Sequence record: PV112478.1 | Reading direction: 5' to 3' (one strand) | DNA length: 64,000 nucleotides | The notes under the pieces: model-generated | What the model saw: the letters and a program-made list of their open reading frames with translations, nothing else | Told to the model about the DNA's origin: nothing | Database searches by the model: none | Made by a program: the position numbers and the translations under genes | In this document: one piece after another, positions 37,292 to 47,404 of the stretch | Layout: every line of letters begins with the position of its first letter | Numbering within the stretch: the first letter of the stretch is position 1

Positions 37292-37293
37292 AA

Positions 37294-37324
37294 GTACTCC
37301 TCTCTCCGCTAAGGCGGAGAGAGG
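37294..37324. terminator. bidirectional terminator
   Basis: CTCCTCTCTCCGC-taag-GCGGAGAGAGGAG. Confidence 0.75.
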
Positions 37325-37350
37325 AGCTATGAGTAGTTTTATCAGGTAAG

Positions 37351-37716
37351 CTATTTAACCACTTTCCCGTTGAGGAGATCCACGACAAAGGCGCGCTTCT
37401 TCGTGTCTTCGATACCCGGAAGTACAACAGCTTGAATAGCTGCCGGGACCGAACGATAAAGCTCTACGTCAATGTCCTTGGCGTCTTTCCCGACACGACT
37501 ATCGGAATACCCAATGATCGTGGATTCGATCTCTTTGACGATAACTTCCAAAGGGACCGTTAATGTTTTCCAACGATCTTTCGCACCGTCGTAGATACGT
37601 TGTAGCGTATTCGCTTCGCTACTGTTCAGGTAGAGCAGATCGGTGAAATAGGTCAGGACCTGTTTATTCTGAACAAGGCGATTAAACAACTCGTTGTCGA
37701 AATCTTTGAGGTACAT
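37351..37716 (-). CDS. hypothetical phage protein
   Basis: 121-aa ORF with AAGGA RBS. Confidence 0.7.
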   Translation of the reverse strand: MYLKDFDNELFNRLVQNKQVLTYFTDLLYLNSSEANTLQRIYDGAKDRWKTLTVPLEVIVKEIESTIIGYSDSRVGKDAKDIDVELYRSVPAAIQAVVLPGIEDTKKRAFVVDLLNGKVVK

Positions 37717-37721
37717 AATCT

Positions 37722-38108
37722 CTATCCTTTTTGTTTACCATATACCCGACCGTATTTGTCGGTATGCGTCACAAAATACTGCGTGTTCAGTTGAAGGAAC
37801 GATTCCAGTTGCATTAGCATCCGATCAAAATCATTACTGATAGAAGCAATAGTAATATTTCTCATCACTCCCTGAGAGTAACGGGTAGGTTCGTCAATCA
37901 ACGTGTTGACTTCACAACGGAGCATGAAGAAGTTCGAACCGTTAGGTTCTGCATTTCCGTCGAGAATATACTCTTTCACGCCGTAAGAGGAACGCATAAT
38001 GGCCTGCCAACCTCTCAACGCTTCTTTAGAACTGATCGGAGTAACATCAATCTCATTGATGCGAACGACGCTCTGTGCGATCTGATTCAATCTTTTGGTG
38101 GTGTCCAC
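37722..38108 (-). CDS. hypothetical phage protein
   Basis: 128-aa ORF. Confidence 0.65.
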   Translation of the reverse strand: MDTTKRLNQIAQSVVRINEIDVTPISSKEALRGWQAIMRSSYGVKEYILDGNAEPNGSNFFMLRCEVNTLIDEPTRYSQGVMRNITIASISNDFDRMLMQLESFLQLNTQYFVTHTDKYGRVYGKQKG

Positions 38109-38122
38109 TGAAATCCCTTTTG

Positions 38123-38776
38123 TTAGTCTTGTGACTCGTTAGATTCGAACTGAGTGCGTTTAATCGCTAGCCAGGCTTCGGCGTGCTCAGGAAACTCCAG
38201 CAGTGTCGAACTGGCGATTTTATCCTCTATTGCCCCACGACCATCCCACGGCTCGGCGTAGTAGTATTGCGGATGGACATTGGTCAGCGGGTTAATCGGG
38301 AACTCATCCGCGCGCACCAGCCGGGCCGTACTGTAACCCTGCCAGTATTTGAACTGGGGTTTAGGGAAATGATGAATAGCGTCATTGAAATAAATCGGAC
38401 CATCAATTTCATATCTGATCAACCGGTGGCAACCACGGTGTACGTAATGGTCGTAATAATTCGACCACTTCCAATCAGCCAGGGTATTGGTTAATGGTCG
38501 CGGAGATTGGTTGATCGAGAGTAACTCAATCGCCCTGACAACCTTAGGTGACAGTTCGAGAAGGTTCGCTTTTTCTTGCGCCTGCCTGATAAAATTCATC
38601 AACAACAATTGCGCATTGTTCGCAGAGTAGAAGTCGTTTTGTTTTAAGAAAGAGGAGAAACGACTGAGTACTATCGCCGGTAATTTACTGTTGAGAAAAG
38701 GCGTGACTTCGTGAATAAATTGCTTTTCTTTTTCGGTGAGATCTGCACCGTCTAAATGGATTTTGTTTTTATTCAT
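38123..38776 (-). CDS. hypothetical phage protein
   Basis: Start re-called at MNKNK (GGGGG RBS). Confidence 0.65.
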   Translation of the reverse strand: MNKNKIHLDGADLTEKEKQFIHEVTPFLNSKLPAIVLSRFSSFLKQNDFYSANNAQLLLMNFIRQAQEKANLLELSPKVVRAIELLSINQSPRPLTNTLADWKWSNYYDHYVHRGCHRLIRYEIDGPIYFNDAIHHFPKPQFKYWQGYSTARLVRADEFPINPLTNVHPQYYYAEPWDGRGAIEDKIASSTLLEFPEHAEAWLAIKRTQFESNESQD

Positions 38777-38802
38777 TTTAACCCCCGTAGATTTGTTTTT
38801 AA

Positions 38803-39366
38803 TTAAACGCCATTGAAAAGGCCGCGGGTAAAGTCCCGTTCGGCGTCCACCGTCGTGAGACCCGATGTACAAAGAACACCCTGTACGAAACCCAGCCAAC
38901 GGTGTTTCTTGGAGAGACTCTGTTCCAGGTCATCGCGTAGGGTCTCTAGCATCGACAGTAAATGCGACGCAGAGAAATAACCCTCTCCTAACTTGTCGGC
39001 GTTACTCTCAATCATTTTACGATACCGGTCTAGTATCGCGGGATAGAATGTTTTTGGAACCAAACCAATATCGCCCAAAAGGCTATGAAGATAACAATCC
39101 CCATTAATGACAGTGTCTTCCTTAACAACTGTCCGCTCGTCTAAAAGAAGTTCTTCAATCTCTTCTTCTGGATGGGCCGTCACCACGATATCAATGGGAG
39201 TAGGAGTACCGTTGCTCCCTGTCCCGTCAATGAGCGTTAAGAACATGAACCCTGCTAACGAAAGGGCTTCTTCCTTCGTTCCCGCATTGCGGTTACAGTA
39301 TCGAAGTATTTGTTTAAGATCAGAGAGGAACGTCTCTCTGAGTGTTTCAGCGGTATGTTCTGTCAC
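38803..39366 (-). CDS. two-domain conserved phage protein
   Basis: C-terminal KKHRWLGFVQGVL...ERDFTR motif. Confidence 0.65.
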   Translation of the reverse strand: MTEHTAETLRETFLSDLKQILRYCNRNAGTKEEALSLAGFMFLTLIDGTGSNGTPTPIDIVVTAHPEEEIEELLLDERTVVKEDTVINGDCYLHSLLGDIGLVPKTFYPAILDRYRKMIESNADKLGEGYFSASHLLSMLETLRDDLEQSLSKKHRWLGFVQGVLCTSGLTTVDAERDFTRGLFNGV

Positions 39367-39367
39367 G

Positions 39368-39649
39368 TTATAACCTCACGAAGAAGAGTGACCAGTTCAT
39401 CATGGTCAGGGCGATGATCAGGTACAGGTAGCACCAGTTGAAAACATACCTGGATGGGGATTTACGTTGACCTTCTCGTTTCAGGAGAAAAGAGAAAATC
39501 AATGACAAAACCAGACCACCAAGTAAAAAGCACCCCGCCACTGAAGGCGGGAGGCGTATACCGGTAAAAGTTTTGAATAAAAAACCAACCAGGATCAGAA
39601 TGAACAAGAATACGAAGGAAACCTTAGTACTGGGTGAAAATCGCTTCAT
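39368..39649 (-). CDS. three-TM membrane protein
   Basis: Three hydrophobic segments. Confidence 0.65.
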   Translation of the reverse strand: MKRFSPSTKVSFVFLFILILVGFLFKTFTGIRLPPSVAGCFLLGGLVLSLIFSFLLKREGQRKSPSRYVFNWCYLYLIIALTMMNWSLFFVRL

Positions 39650-39651
39650 GA

Positions 39652-40242
39652 TTATTCAACGTCCGGATTACGAGGTTGTTGTAATGCCCAATGCTTAGAA
39701 CAGACAGAAACATACTGGTCATTGCCACCCACGAGTACCTGCGGGCCGACCACTATAACATTACCTTCACTATCCAAACGCAGAACAAATCTGGCTTTTA
39801 CTCCGCACCAACAAATTGTTGGTATCTCTTCGAGCTTATCGGCTATAGCTAAAAGAACCGCACTGGCCGGGAAAGTGTTCCGTTGAAAATCTGTCCGCAA
39901 GCCGTAACACAGAACGGTGACGTCGTAGAGGTCAACGAGCGATCGAAGTTCGTAAACGTGGAATGGTTCGAGGAATTGGGCCTCGTCGACCAAAATGACT
40001 TTAGGGTAATTGCGATCCTTGTAAATGTCGTTTAGGAAAGAATCGTTTTTCCCTAACATGACACAGATACCCTCTAGCCCAATACGGGAAACCACTTTAC
40101 CTACTTTATCCCGAGTATCGACCGTCGGTTTATAGACATGAACCGACATCCCCCTTTCTCGGTAGTTGTACGCAGTTTGCAGTAGATTTGAAGATTTTGC
40201 CGAATTCATGGCACCAAATCGGAAAACTAGTGCTGACATCAA
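39652..40242 (-). CDS. tdk: thymidine kinase
   Basis: GAMNSAKS P-loop, VDEAQFL, YGLRTDF, CWCG and CSKH Zn ligands. Confidence 0.93.
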   Translation of the reverse strand: MMSALVFRFGAMNSAKSSNLLQTAYNYRERGMSVHVYKPTVDTRDKVGKVVSRIGLEGICVMLGKNDSFLNDIYKDRNYPKVILVDEAQFLEPFHVYELRSLVDLYDVTVLCYGLRTDFQRNTFPASAVLLAIADKLEEIPTICWCGVKARFVLRLDSEGNVIVVGPQVLVGGNDQYVSVCSKHWALQQPRNPDVE

Positions 40243-40518
40243 TTACACTCCCGCCGCTACTAAAGTTAATATCACAACCAACCCAGAAATCACGGCGGCG
40301 AAATAATACCACCGCCGCTGATTTTCTTTTTTGTTGTTTTTACCTACGGTATCAACACGCCATACGCAGAAAATCAATGAAATAAGACCCATCCCCACTA
40401 TCGTAAAAACCGCCCATAGACTGGGGTTGAGTTGGTGTATTTTTTCGGATAACACCGCGATAGTGAGGATAACGAAAAACATCACAAATGAGAAGTACGT
40501 ACTGGGTGCCCAAGTCAT
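40243..40518 (-). CDS. three-TM membrane protein
   Basis: Three hydrophobic segments. Confidence 0.65.
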   Translation of the reverse strand: MTWAPSTYFSFVMFFVILTIAVLSEKIHQLNPSLWAVFTIVGMGLISLIFCVWRVDTVGKNNKKENQRRWYYFAAVISGLVVILTLVAAGV

Positions 40519-40532
40519 CTTCTTTCCTTACT

Positions 40533-41141
40533 TTAACCGTAGTAATCTACGCATTCAATGACCCATGCGTGAAACGCAATGGCCGCGCTCTCTGTTTGAA
40601 AGGTAATTTCTTTATCGTCGATAAAAACGGTCGTATCATTTCGTGCGACGAGATTGACAGCTTTCCAGCGCACGTAAACAACCGCGCCGCCGGCGGCACC
40701 GGTCTCATGATAGCTGAAACTGAATTTGTTTTCGTCGGCATTATCTTCAACCTCAGAGAAGAATTCAATGTCTTTTTCTGAGAATGGTTCCGCGTCTTCA
40801 CCAATAAAATAACTGGAAGGAGACGGCATAGGCTTACTATCATCAACGATCCCGTATGACTTCAACCAAAGGTCGCTAATGATATCTTTTGCCAGCGCTG
40901 CGCAACGGTCAGTGGGGAATTGTAAAAAAGCTTCTTTCTCACCTAAAGCAAGAGCGACCGCCTGAGACCAAGGTAAACTTATCCCGGTCAATTCGGTGAA
41001 AGAGACAATTTCCAAATTATTTTTTGATCTGAGTGCGATGCCGCTGCGACCAAGATCGTTAAAAAGTTCAAGAAGCGAATTAACCTCAATAGCAGTTAAT
41101 TCCGCATCGTCAGGGAGGTATTTATTGAGGGTGGCGTTCAT
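40533..41141 (-). CDS. acidic hypothetical protein
   Basis: 202-aa ORF with AGGAG RBS. Confidence 0.7.
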   Translation of the reverse strand: MNATLNKYLPDDAELTAIEVNSLLELFNDLGRSGIALRSKNNLEIVSFTELTGISLPWSQAVALALGEKEAFLQFPTDRCAALAKDIISDLWLKSYGIVDDSKPMPSPSSYFIGEDAEPFSEKDIEFFSEVEDNADENKFSFSYHETGAAGGAVVYVRWKAVNLVARNDTTVFIDDKEITFQTESAAIAFHAWVIECVDYYG

Positions 41142-41153
41142 ACCGCTAAACTC

Positions 41154-41519
41154 CTATTTTGCATTTCGTTTAAACAAGAATATGATAAGCCCAGGGTCCA
41201 ACTCTGAAGATCCCCGGTATTCATACTCCGGATCAATCTCTTTCAGTAACTCGCCGATACGTTGACGCAGAAGATTAATTTGGGTTGCCAAGACAAATCG
41301 ATAATTGACTTCGCTGCCACCCCAAATAAAACGATTATTACTTTTAATCTGCACGATCAACCTACCGTTGTCGAGGTCTACTACCACAGTATTATTTAAT
41401 GAAGCAGAATCGACAACCGACCCATTCTGTTTACGGTCAAACAGTTTACGTAAAATATCAAAAATGCGGTCGGATGTTTTTTGATATTCAATTGAACGTA
41501 ATAAGGGCGAAGTCGTCAT
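41154..41519 (-). CDS. hypothetical phage protein
   Basis: 121-aa ORF, coupled. Confidence 0.65.
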   Translation of the reverse strand: MTTSPLLRSIEYQKTSDRIFDILRKLFDRKQNGSVVDSASLNNTVVVDLDNGRLIVQIKSNNRFIWGGSEVNYRFVLATQINLLRQRIGELLKEIDPEYEYRGSSELDPGLIIFLFKRNAK

Positions 41520-41860
41520 AGCGCAGCGCCCGCCGTGTTCTTACGCACAGTGAAAGAAATCACGGAAGGTTCAACAACGCTTTCCGTTTTATAGCCGTTT
41601 TCCGGTAAGAAGGCGACCAATAAATCTTTCAACGTTTCGACGTCTGCTGCGAGGGTAGTTGGATCATCCGTCCAATACGTTCCGTCAGGGTGAGTGATGT
41701 TGATACGCAACACATTCGCTGACACCTCGGCGGCGACTTCGTAATGTCCTGCCCATCCGTACATTTGGGTATTTTCATTATTTTCAGCGTAGGCTTTGTA
41801 GACCGCGCTGGCATCGGAAAACTCTCGTTTAAATTCTTCGATTAAATGTTTGGCGATCAT
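41516..41860 (-). CDS. hypothetical phage protein
   Basis: Start re-called at MIAKH (GGGGAG RBS). Confidence 0.65.
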   Translation of the reverse strand: MIAKHLIEEFKREFSDASAVYKAYAENNENTQMYGWAGHYEVAAEVSANVLRINITHPDGTYWTDDPTTLAADVETLKDLLVAFLPENGYKTESVVEPSVISFTVRKNTAGAAL

Positions 41861-42444
41861 CGTGAACTCCCCATTGTTTTTTCTAACCAATCAAAGACGA
41901 TCTGATGAGAAAGGTCGTAGATGTTGATGCAAGGGATATCACGATCCCTTGCAATTTTAAAGGCAGACCGAGTACCGCCTTTCGGAAGTCCTTCGGAGTC
42001 CTCTGGCGCACACGCGATCAAAAACGCTGACGGCGATTCAACGTCTTCGCCAAGAATCTGAAAGACGTTGCGAATATGGAAACGCTTTTGGCCGTCAGTT
42101 AAACGATCCCAGACCGGGTGAACCGTCGAGATAATAGCTTCTGCTTTCGCAATACTTTCCGGGCTGTAGTCGTAACGATCGTAGCGATCAGAGACAAAGA
42201 CGTTGTCGCGCTCGAAGGTTTTCCACGGAAGAAAGATCTGTGGATCACGAATATAGTCCGCTGCTGAAAGCGAGTTCTCAAAACCCGATTGAAACGCTTG
42301 GTCGGCACCCGGTGCTTTCCCGGAGCGGATTGAGAACCCCTGTTCGCAAAGAAAGAACCCTAACTCTTTACAGAACGAAAAGTGTGCCTGTCCTAAGTCA
42401 GTGGACCCTATCGTTGTCACGTAAGCAAATTCGGTCTTTTCCAT
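41857..42444 (-). CDS. SLOG-superfamily (DprA/Smf-like) nucleotide-binding protein
   Basis: TIGS, IRSGKAPGADQAF, RNVFQILG, GGTRSAFKIA motifs. Confidence 0.7.
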   Translation of the reverse strand: MEKTEFAYVTTIGSTDLGQAHFSFCKELGFFLCEQGFSIRSGKAPGADQAFQSGFENSLSAADYIRDPQIFLPWKTFERDNVFVSDRYDRYDYSPESIAKAEAIISTVHPVWDRLTDGQKRFHIRNVFQILGEDVESPSAFLIACAPEDSEGLPKGGTRSAFKIARDRDIPCINIYDLSHQIVFDWLEKTMGSSR

Positions 42445-42456
42445 ACTCCCTCCAAA

Positions 42457-42537
42457 TTATTCATCGTCATCGTCATCGCTGTCGTCGTTGCTTTGACCCA
42501 GTAAAACCAAAACCAGTAAATCGAGTAAATCAGACAT
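42457..42537 (-). CDS. 26-aa hydrophobic/poly-Asp peptide, absent from ORF track
   Basis: MSDLLDLLVLVLLGQSNDDSDDDDDE*; AAGGTG RBS; first ORF after TATATCAC motif. Confidence 0.5.
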   Translation of the reverse strand: MSDLLDLLVLVLLGQSNDDSDDDDDE

Positions 42538-42575
42538 TGTTTAATCACCTTATTTTTTGTTAATGATGTTAACTG

Positions 42576-42590
42576 CAATAGGGTGATATA
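42576..42590 (-). promoter_or_regulatory. phage promoter motif TATATCAC-NN-TATTG
   Basis: CAATAGGGTGATATA on plus strand. Confidence 0.6.
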
Positions 42591-42653
42591 GGTATCAAAC
42601 TAATTGGAACGGTAGTGAAAAGAGAACAGTAATTTTCCTATGACAATAACCCC

Positions 42654-45317
42654 ATGAGAAAGGTAACGGTAATGAGTGACTTCGGGAATAAGATCAGTGA
42701 ATTAAACAGTTTGACTAGCGGGAATATGGCAGGAGAGTTACCGCTAAGTCTGACGTTATCTAGCGGTACTTTGGCAACGAATAAGATCACATTGAGCCAG
42801 GTTCGGGATCTTTTTGATTTTGACCATGCCTTTGAGACAGTGGAGGAAGGGATTGCTGCAACGGTAGAAAACCAACTCTTCTACGTTTATGTCGACAGTA
42901 ACAAATTATCGGTTAATGAGTATATCAGAACAAACATCGGCGCAAATGCGGTTATCGGTAATAGCGGCACGAAGAAAACCATTTATATCCCGGAACTTTT
43001 GAAACATGTCAAAGTACAGGTGGATAGTTTTGCCGCATTGCGGGAGTTCAAACCATGGTGGGAAGGTCAGGTAGTTTACTTGAAAGGGTACTATTCTGAT
43101 GGGGTGACTGGCGGCGGGGATTTTGTCGGGCATTTAGGTACCGCCACTGATGATGGTGGGATCACTGCTGCCGGTAACGGATTTTACTGGCAACGGTATA
43201 ATAGCGAAAACATTGTAGATGCTCAATGGTTCGGCGTTATCGCTGACGGCGGAGACAGAGGAAATAATATCGACAAAGCGCTCAATTTCATTTCTGTTCG
43301 TGGCGGAGAATTAAAATTTCCCAATGGCGAAATAAATTGGGGTACACTCAGAAAGGTATTTAACTATTCTGCCAATTTGAAACCGTTTACTATATCTGGT
43401 AACGGAGACAGTACGGTCTTTACATTTGATGATGTTGCACCCCCTGTATTACAAGCCGGCGCAAACTGGGTAAAAGAACCTCCTTTAATTTCCTTTATAG
43501 GCGTTAACGGAAATCAGTTTATCCCTAAAGTGGTCCTCAAAAACTTTTCGATGGATTATTCTCGCCAAAAAAACAAAGGCGGGACTGATTTGGCAACTTT
43601 AGGGACAACTCATCCTACTCCATACTCTCTCGGGGTTTGGGGGATTTATTTCTTCTACGCCGATAGCCCAACGATTGAAAATGTAACGTTAAATAACATC
43701 TATGGTGACGGGATAATTGTCAGGAAGTCGTTTGAGCCGACAGTAAAGAGTTGCCAGTTCTATAATGTCTCCGCTGGAAATATCATTGCCAGAACCGACG
43801 GTAATATGGCTTCGGATTCTAACGGCGGTGCTATTTTCTTTTGGGCCTGTGTTGGGGGACTTATTGATAATGTCACGGCATGGAATCAACGGACGTATCA
43901 AGTTCACGTTAATTCAACAGACAACGGCACAGATGTTTATAACACGTTATGCGGTTACATTGGTATTTGGACAGAATACCCGTGGGATCAAAATATGACT
44001 AGTGCCGCGCCAGAGACAGCGCCACCAAGAATGACTTCTATAATCTCGGCGGGTAACTTGACGAGTAATTGGGACAACGAAGCCAAAGGTTGCACTATCC
44101 AAAATTGTACTGTATATGGATACACCATTGGAATTAAATCGGAAGGATTTAGTGAAACAAACATTGTTCACAACATGGTTCTTAATTGTTATCTTCCTAT
44201 TTTCCCGGCTAGTACTCGCGCGACAGTAGCTGATAATTTTACAGATATGCTCTACTGCGATAATAGAACATGTCCACAAGGCGGCTATCAAAGTATTCGC
44301 GGTCATCTCGTGTGCCATAACTACAGTACCGTTGACGATGGCGCTCGTAGGGGAGTTGAATTCAGGGGTAATAAATGCTACTGTGTATCATACCCTGCTT
44401 TCAGAAGTAACCGGTCAGGGTCAATGTTCGTCGGGAATATGTTCAGATTTTCCCGAGGCTCGGCATTTGCAATTGATGCGACTATTAGTACATTGGTTAA
44501 GGGCGTTATTATTAAAGATAATACCTTCTTCTTTGATAGTACAATCAGCAGTACAGTGACTTCTAATATCGCTTACCACGATGGACTTGTATTCAGCGGT
44601 AATAGGTTTGTCAATAAATCGAACTCGTTGGTTACGATTGCATTCAGGAATAGCTCGAAAAATGTGAAAGTAGAAAATAACTTTTTCGAGGGTTGGTTTT
44701 TCGTAGCATTACAATGCACGGGCATTTTCGATAAGAACATTATGGATGTTCAGAATCAACCTATCGCTAATAATTATCATTTAGGTAATGTTTTCCAGGC
44801 TACGGCGAGAGCGGTAATATCAAGGAACGAATTCAGGATTAACTCTTCTGCAACCAGCTCACAAATTGTAGTTTCCTCAGATAATAGTGTATTTGAGCGG
44901 AACACTATTCATGTACAAAATACGGGAACGCCGACATTGAATGGTTTGGTATCTTCTGAGTCTGCTGGCGCAAACCAAATCTTTGATGGTAATTTAGTGA
45001 CGCAAAACCCGTTTAATACCGCTTTATTCTACCTGAATAGCCCACATGCCCCGACCTTTATTGGAAACGTCAATAGCGGTAATCTGATCTATATTTTTGG
45101 TACCACTATTTATTCTCCTATTACGCTCGAGCGTAATAAATGCACAGGGTTATTTACCACCCTGGCGACAGAAAAAAATACAGGTGCTAACCTTTCGTCT
45201 AAAGTGACAGCTTATGTTGGAATGAAGATGTATTACATTCTCCCTAATGCTAACGGAGCAGAAGGGGAAATATATACAGCACAAGGATGGAAAACGTTTG
45301 GTAATATAGCCGCGTAA
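42654..45317 (+). CDS. tailspike / capsule depolymerase (parallel beta-helix)
   Basis: N-terminal anchor, VDSFAALR...GYY...GGGDF...YWQR linker domain, pectate-lyase-like repeats (IENVTLNNIYGDGI etc.); likely start 42672; TATG at 42639. Confidence 0.85.
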   Translation: MRKVTVMSDFGNKISELNSLTSGNMAGELPLSLTLSSGTLATNKITLSQVRDLFDFDHAFETVEEGIAATVENQLFYVYVDSNKLSVNEYIRTNIGANAVIGNSGTKKTIYIPELLKHVKVQVDSFAALREFKPWWEGQVVYLKGYYSDGVTGGGDFVGHLGTATDDGGITAAGNGFYWQRYNSENIVDAQWFGVIADGGDRGNNIDKALNFISVRGGELKFPNGEINWGTLRKVFNYSANLKPFTISGNGDSTVFTFDDVAPPVLQAGANWVKEPPLISFIGVNGNQFIPKVVLKNFSMDYSRQKNKGGTDLATLGTTHPTPYSLGVWGIYFFYADSPTIENVTLNNIYGDGIIVRKSFEPTVKSCQFYNVSAGNIIARTDGNMASDSNGGAIFFWACVGGLIDNVTAWNQRTYQVHVNSTDNGTDVYNTLCGYIGIWTEYPWDQNMTSAAPETAPPRMTSIISAGNLTSNWDNEAKGCTIQNCTVYGYTIGIKSEGFSETNIVHNMVLNCYLPIFPASTRATVADNFTDMLYCDNRTCPQGGYQSIRGHLVCHNYSTVDDGARRGVEFRGNKCYCVSYPAFRSNRSGSMFVGNMFRFSRGSAFAIDATISTLVKGVIIKDNTFFFDSTISSTVTSNIAYHDGLVFSGNRFVNKSNSLVTIAFRNSSKNVKVENNFFEGWFFVALQCTGIFDKNIMDVQNQPIANNYHLGNVFQATARAVISRNEFRINSSATSSQIVVSSDNSVFERNTIHVQNTGTPTLNGLVSSESAGANQIFDGNLVTQNPFNTALFYLNSPHAPTFIGNVNSGNLIYIFGTTIYSPITLERNKCTGLFTTLATEKNTGANLSSKVTAYVGMKMYYILPNANGAEGEIYTAQGWKTFGNIAA

Positions 45318-45320
45318 ATA

Positions 45321-45348
45321 CAGAGAGGAGCCAGACGGCTCCTCTCTG
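45321..45348. terminator. bidirectional terminator
   Basis: CAGAGAGGAGCC-agac-GGCTCCTCTCTG. Confidence 0.75.
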
Positions 45349-45349
45349 T

Positions 45350-45610
45350 TTATTTTCTTTTCAGTGCCACAATCACCAACCCTAATACAGGATCCATTGA
45401 ATCTGTTCTCGCTACCCCGTGGCGCGGTACCTCTAATATCAGTTGTGTAATGCGATGCTTCTCTGCGTCCGATAATGCACTAAGGTCTAATGAGTGAAAG
45501 TCTTCCACCAAACGAAATTCATCATCGTTATACGGAAAATCCCATTCTTTCATATCACTCAATTTATTACCTGGAATATAGGTCACATTGACACGAGTAT
45601 ATTTAATCAT
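45350..45610 (-). CDS. hypothetical phage protein
   Basis: 86-aa ORF, coupled. Confidence 0.6.
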   Translation of the reverse strand: MIKYTRVNVTYIPGNKLSDMKEWDFPYNDDEFRLVEDFHSLDLSALSDAEKHRITQLILEVPRHGVARTDSMDPVLGLVIVALKRK

Positions 45611-46122
45611 TGCCAGGTTACCTCTTTAAACTCAGAGAAGAATTCACGTTCCGGTATTGTTTTTGTTTCCCTTTCAATAGAAACAAAACTTCCAACGATA
45701 GACCATTCCACAGGGAAGTTGTTAGTCATTACTCGATTAAACCCTTGAAAAAGACGACCTTCTTTAATCGAGTAATAATACGCTTTGGGGTCCAAATCTT
45801 TTGTTTCTTTCAACCGTAAGTTTTTTTCTGGGCTATAGGTTAATTGGTACAAATCATCCGGTATAGCCTTTACTTTCTTCTCCACCAAAGAAAACAAATA
45901 ATGCAACTTACAACCCCCGTCGAAATCTCCGCTGCGTAAGTATAAGAAAATATCTCCAAGTGTATTGTCCTTGATAAAAGTAGCAGGGGTATTGTTTTTA
46001 CTTTTAAACATACGCCAGGTTCCTTTAATAAAATGGTGGGTGGTAAAACCACCCACCATAGATTTATTCTGCGTAGATCGCCAACGCAGTTTGACAGATA
46101 GGGGAACGCACACAATCGTCAT
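45607..46122 (-). CDS. hypothetical phage protein
   Basis: ORF; true start probably internal (MFKSK). Confidence 0.55.
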   Translation of the reverse strand: MTIVCVPLSVKLRWRSTQNKSMVGGFTTHHFIKGTWRMFKSKNNTPATFIKDNTLGDIFLYLRSGDFDGGCKLHYLFSLVEKKVKAIPDDLYQLTYSPEKNLRLKETKDLDPKAYYYSIKEGRLFQGFNRVMTNNFPVEWSIVGSFVSIERETKTIPEREFFSEFKEVTWQ

Positions 46123-46885
46123 CGGTAAAGTTAATCACCGGGATATCTAACTGTTTACGCTCTATCCGTTCAAGTAGGTCTGCTAACCCCGACTTGACGC
46201 CTTTAGGAAGATCGCACTGCTTTAAGTCGCCGTTAATGATGACTGTGGAATTGTCACCAACACGGGTCAGGAAGAGACGCATCTGGTTGACAGTAACGTT
46301 CTGGGCTTCGTCAAGAATAATCACTGCATCGTCAAAGGTTCGTCCGCGCATAAAACTGAATGGTGCAACTTCGATCTTCTCGATCTCAGGACGAAGACAA
46401 TACTGAAGGAAGCTTGGTCCCATCCGACGACGGAGAATATCATAGACCGGACGGAAGTAGGGCAGGAACTTCTCGTATTGCGTTCCCGGAAGGAAACCCA
46501 TCTCTTCTTCCGCTGTCAACATCGGCCGGGTCACAACGATTTTTTCAACGCTTTTCTCGCTGAGCTGATCGACCGCATAGACTGTGGCCAAAAGCGTTTT
46601 ACCCGACCCTGCAGATCCTGTAGCGACGATCAAATCCCGACTCTGTAATGCATCCATATAGAGACCCTGATTGACGTTACGGGCTTCTATCGGGCTACGA
46701 TCACGCTTTTCCTTCTCCATCCCAATATGAGTAACAGGGAAGTTGTTCCCTCTGTTATCAAACTGAAAAAGTTCCGCTGTTTCTTCATTCGATAGCGAGC
46801 GTTGCTGATTGAGTTTACGGCGAGACTCACGACGAACTTCGCGATCCAATTTAGCGTTACTCTTTTGACGTCCCATCGATACCAC
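46064..46885 (-). CDS. phoH: PhoH family ATPase
   Basis: GSAGSGKT, VTRP, GFLPG, FMRGRTF, IILDEAQN, FLTRVG, GDLKQCD motifs. Confidence 0.93.
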   Translation of the reverse strand: MVSMGRQKSNAKLDREVRRESRRKLNQQRSLSNEETAELFQFDNRGNNFPVTHIGMEKEKRDRSPIEARNVNQGLYMDALQSRDLIVATGSAGSGKTLLATVYAVDQLSEKSVEKIVVTRPMLTAEEEMGFLPGTQYEKFLPYFRPVYDILRRRMGPSFLQYCLRPEIEKIEVAPFSFMRGRTFDDAVIILDEAQNVTVNQMRLFLTRVGDNSTVIINGDLKQCDLPKGVKSGLADLLERIERKQLDIPVINFTDDDCVRSPICQTALAIYAE

Positions 46886-46981
46886 CTTAGCAGAGTTTAA
46901 AGAGGCTCACCGGATAGTGAGCTTTTTCTTGGTATGCAAAATAAACCACAGTTGTACGTTCATAAAAAGTCAACGGAATCT

Positions 46982-47323
46982 TTATTTTCGAATGAGGGGT
47001 TTAAATCCCCAACTGAACCCAGAGAAAATTCGTAACCATAAAGGTGCCTTTGGCTTATAACGATAAAATACCTTGATCCCCGATAACCAGCCGTAATAAC
47101 GGACGGTTTTAAACCAATTACTTTTTACCTCAGTGAAAATGCCCTGTAACCAGTAATCGATGGTTTCACGATAAGGTTCTAGTTCAGGGTCGTTATCGAT
47201 CAGCCGATTGAGGAAATCAGTATAAAGGATATTGGGGTCATAGTGTTCCAGTTTGTATTGCTTGTTGAGGACGAGACGGTCCTTATCCTCGATCAAGATT
47301 TCAAGAACGTGTTGTTTCTCCAT
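46982..47323 (-). CDS. hypothetical phage protein
   Basis: 113-aa ORF with GAGGG RBS. Confidence 0.65.
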   Translation of the reverse strand: MEKQHVLEILIEDKDRLVLNKQYKLEHYDPNILYTDFLNRLIDNDPELEPYRETIDYWLQGIFTEVKSNWFKTVRYYGWLSGIKVFYRYKPKAPLWLRIFSGFSWGFKPLIRK

Positions 47324-47404
47324 CGTTTAAAACCCTCGAGGCAAAAAAAAAGAAATTACATAGAGATGGTCTGAAGGAGGCGTTTGCCTCCTTCAGTAGA
47401 TGTT

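Noticed and set aside
42460-42490. GAT/GAC tandem repeat as possible array
   Set aside because: It is simply the poly-Asp codons of the 26-aa ORF.
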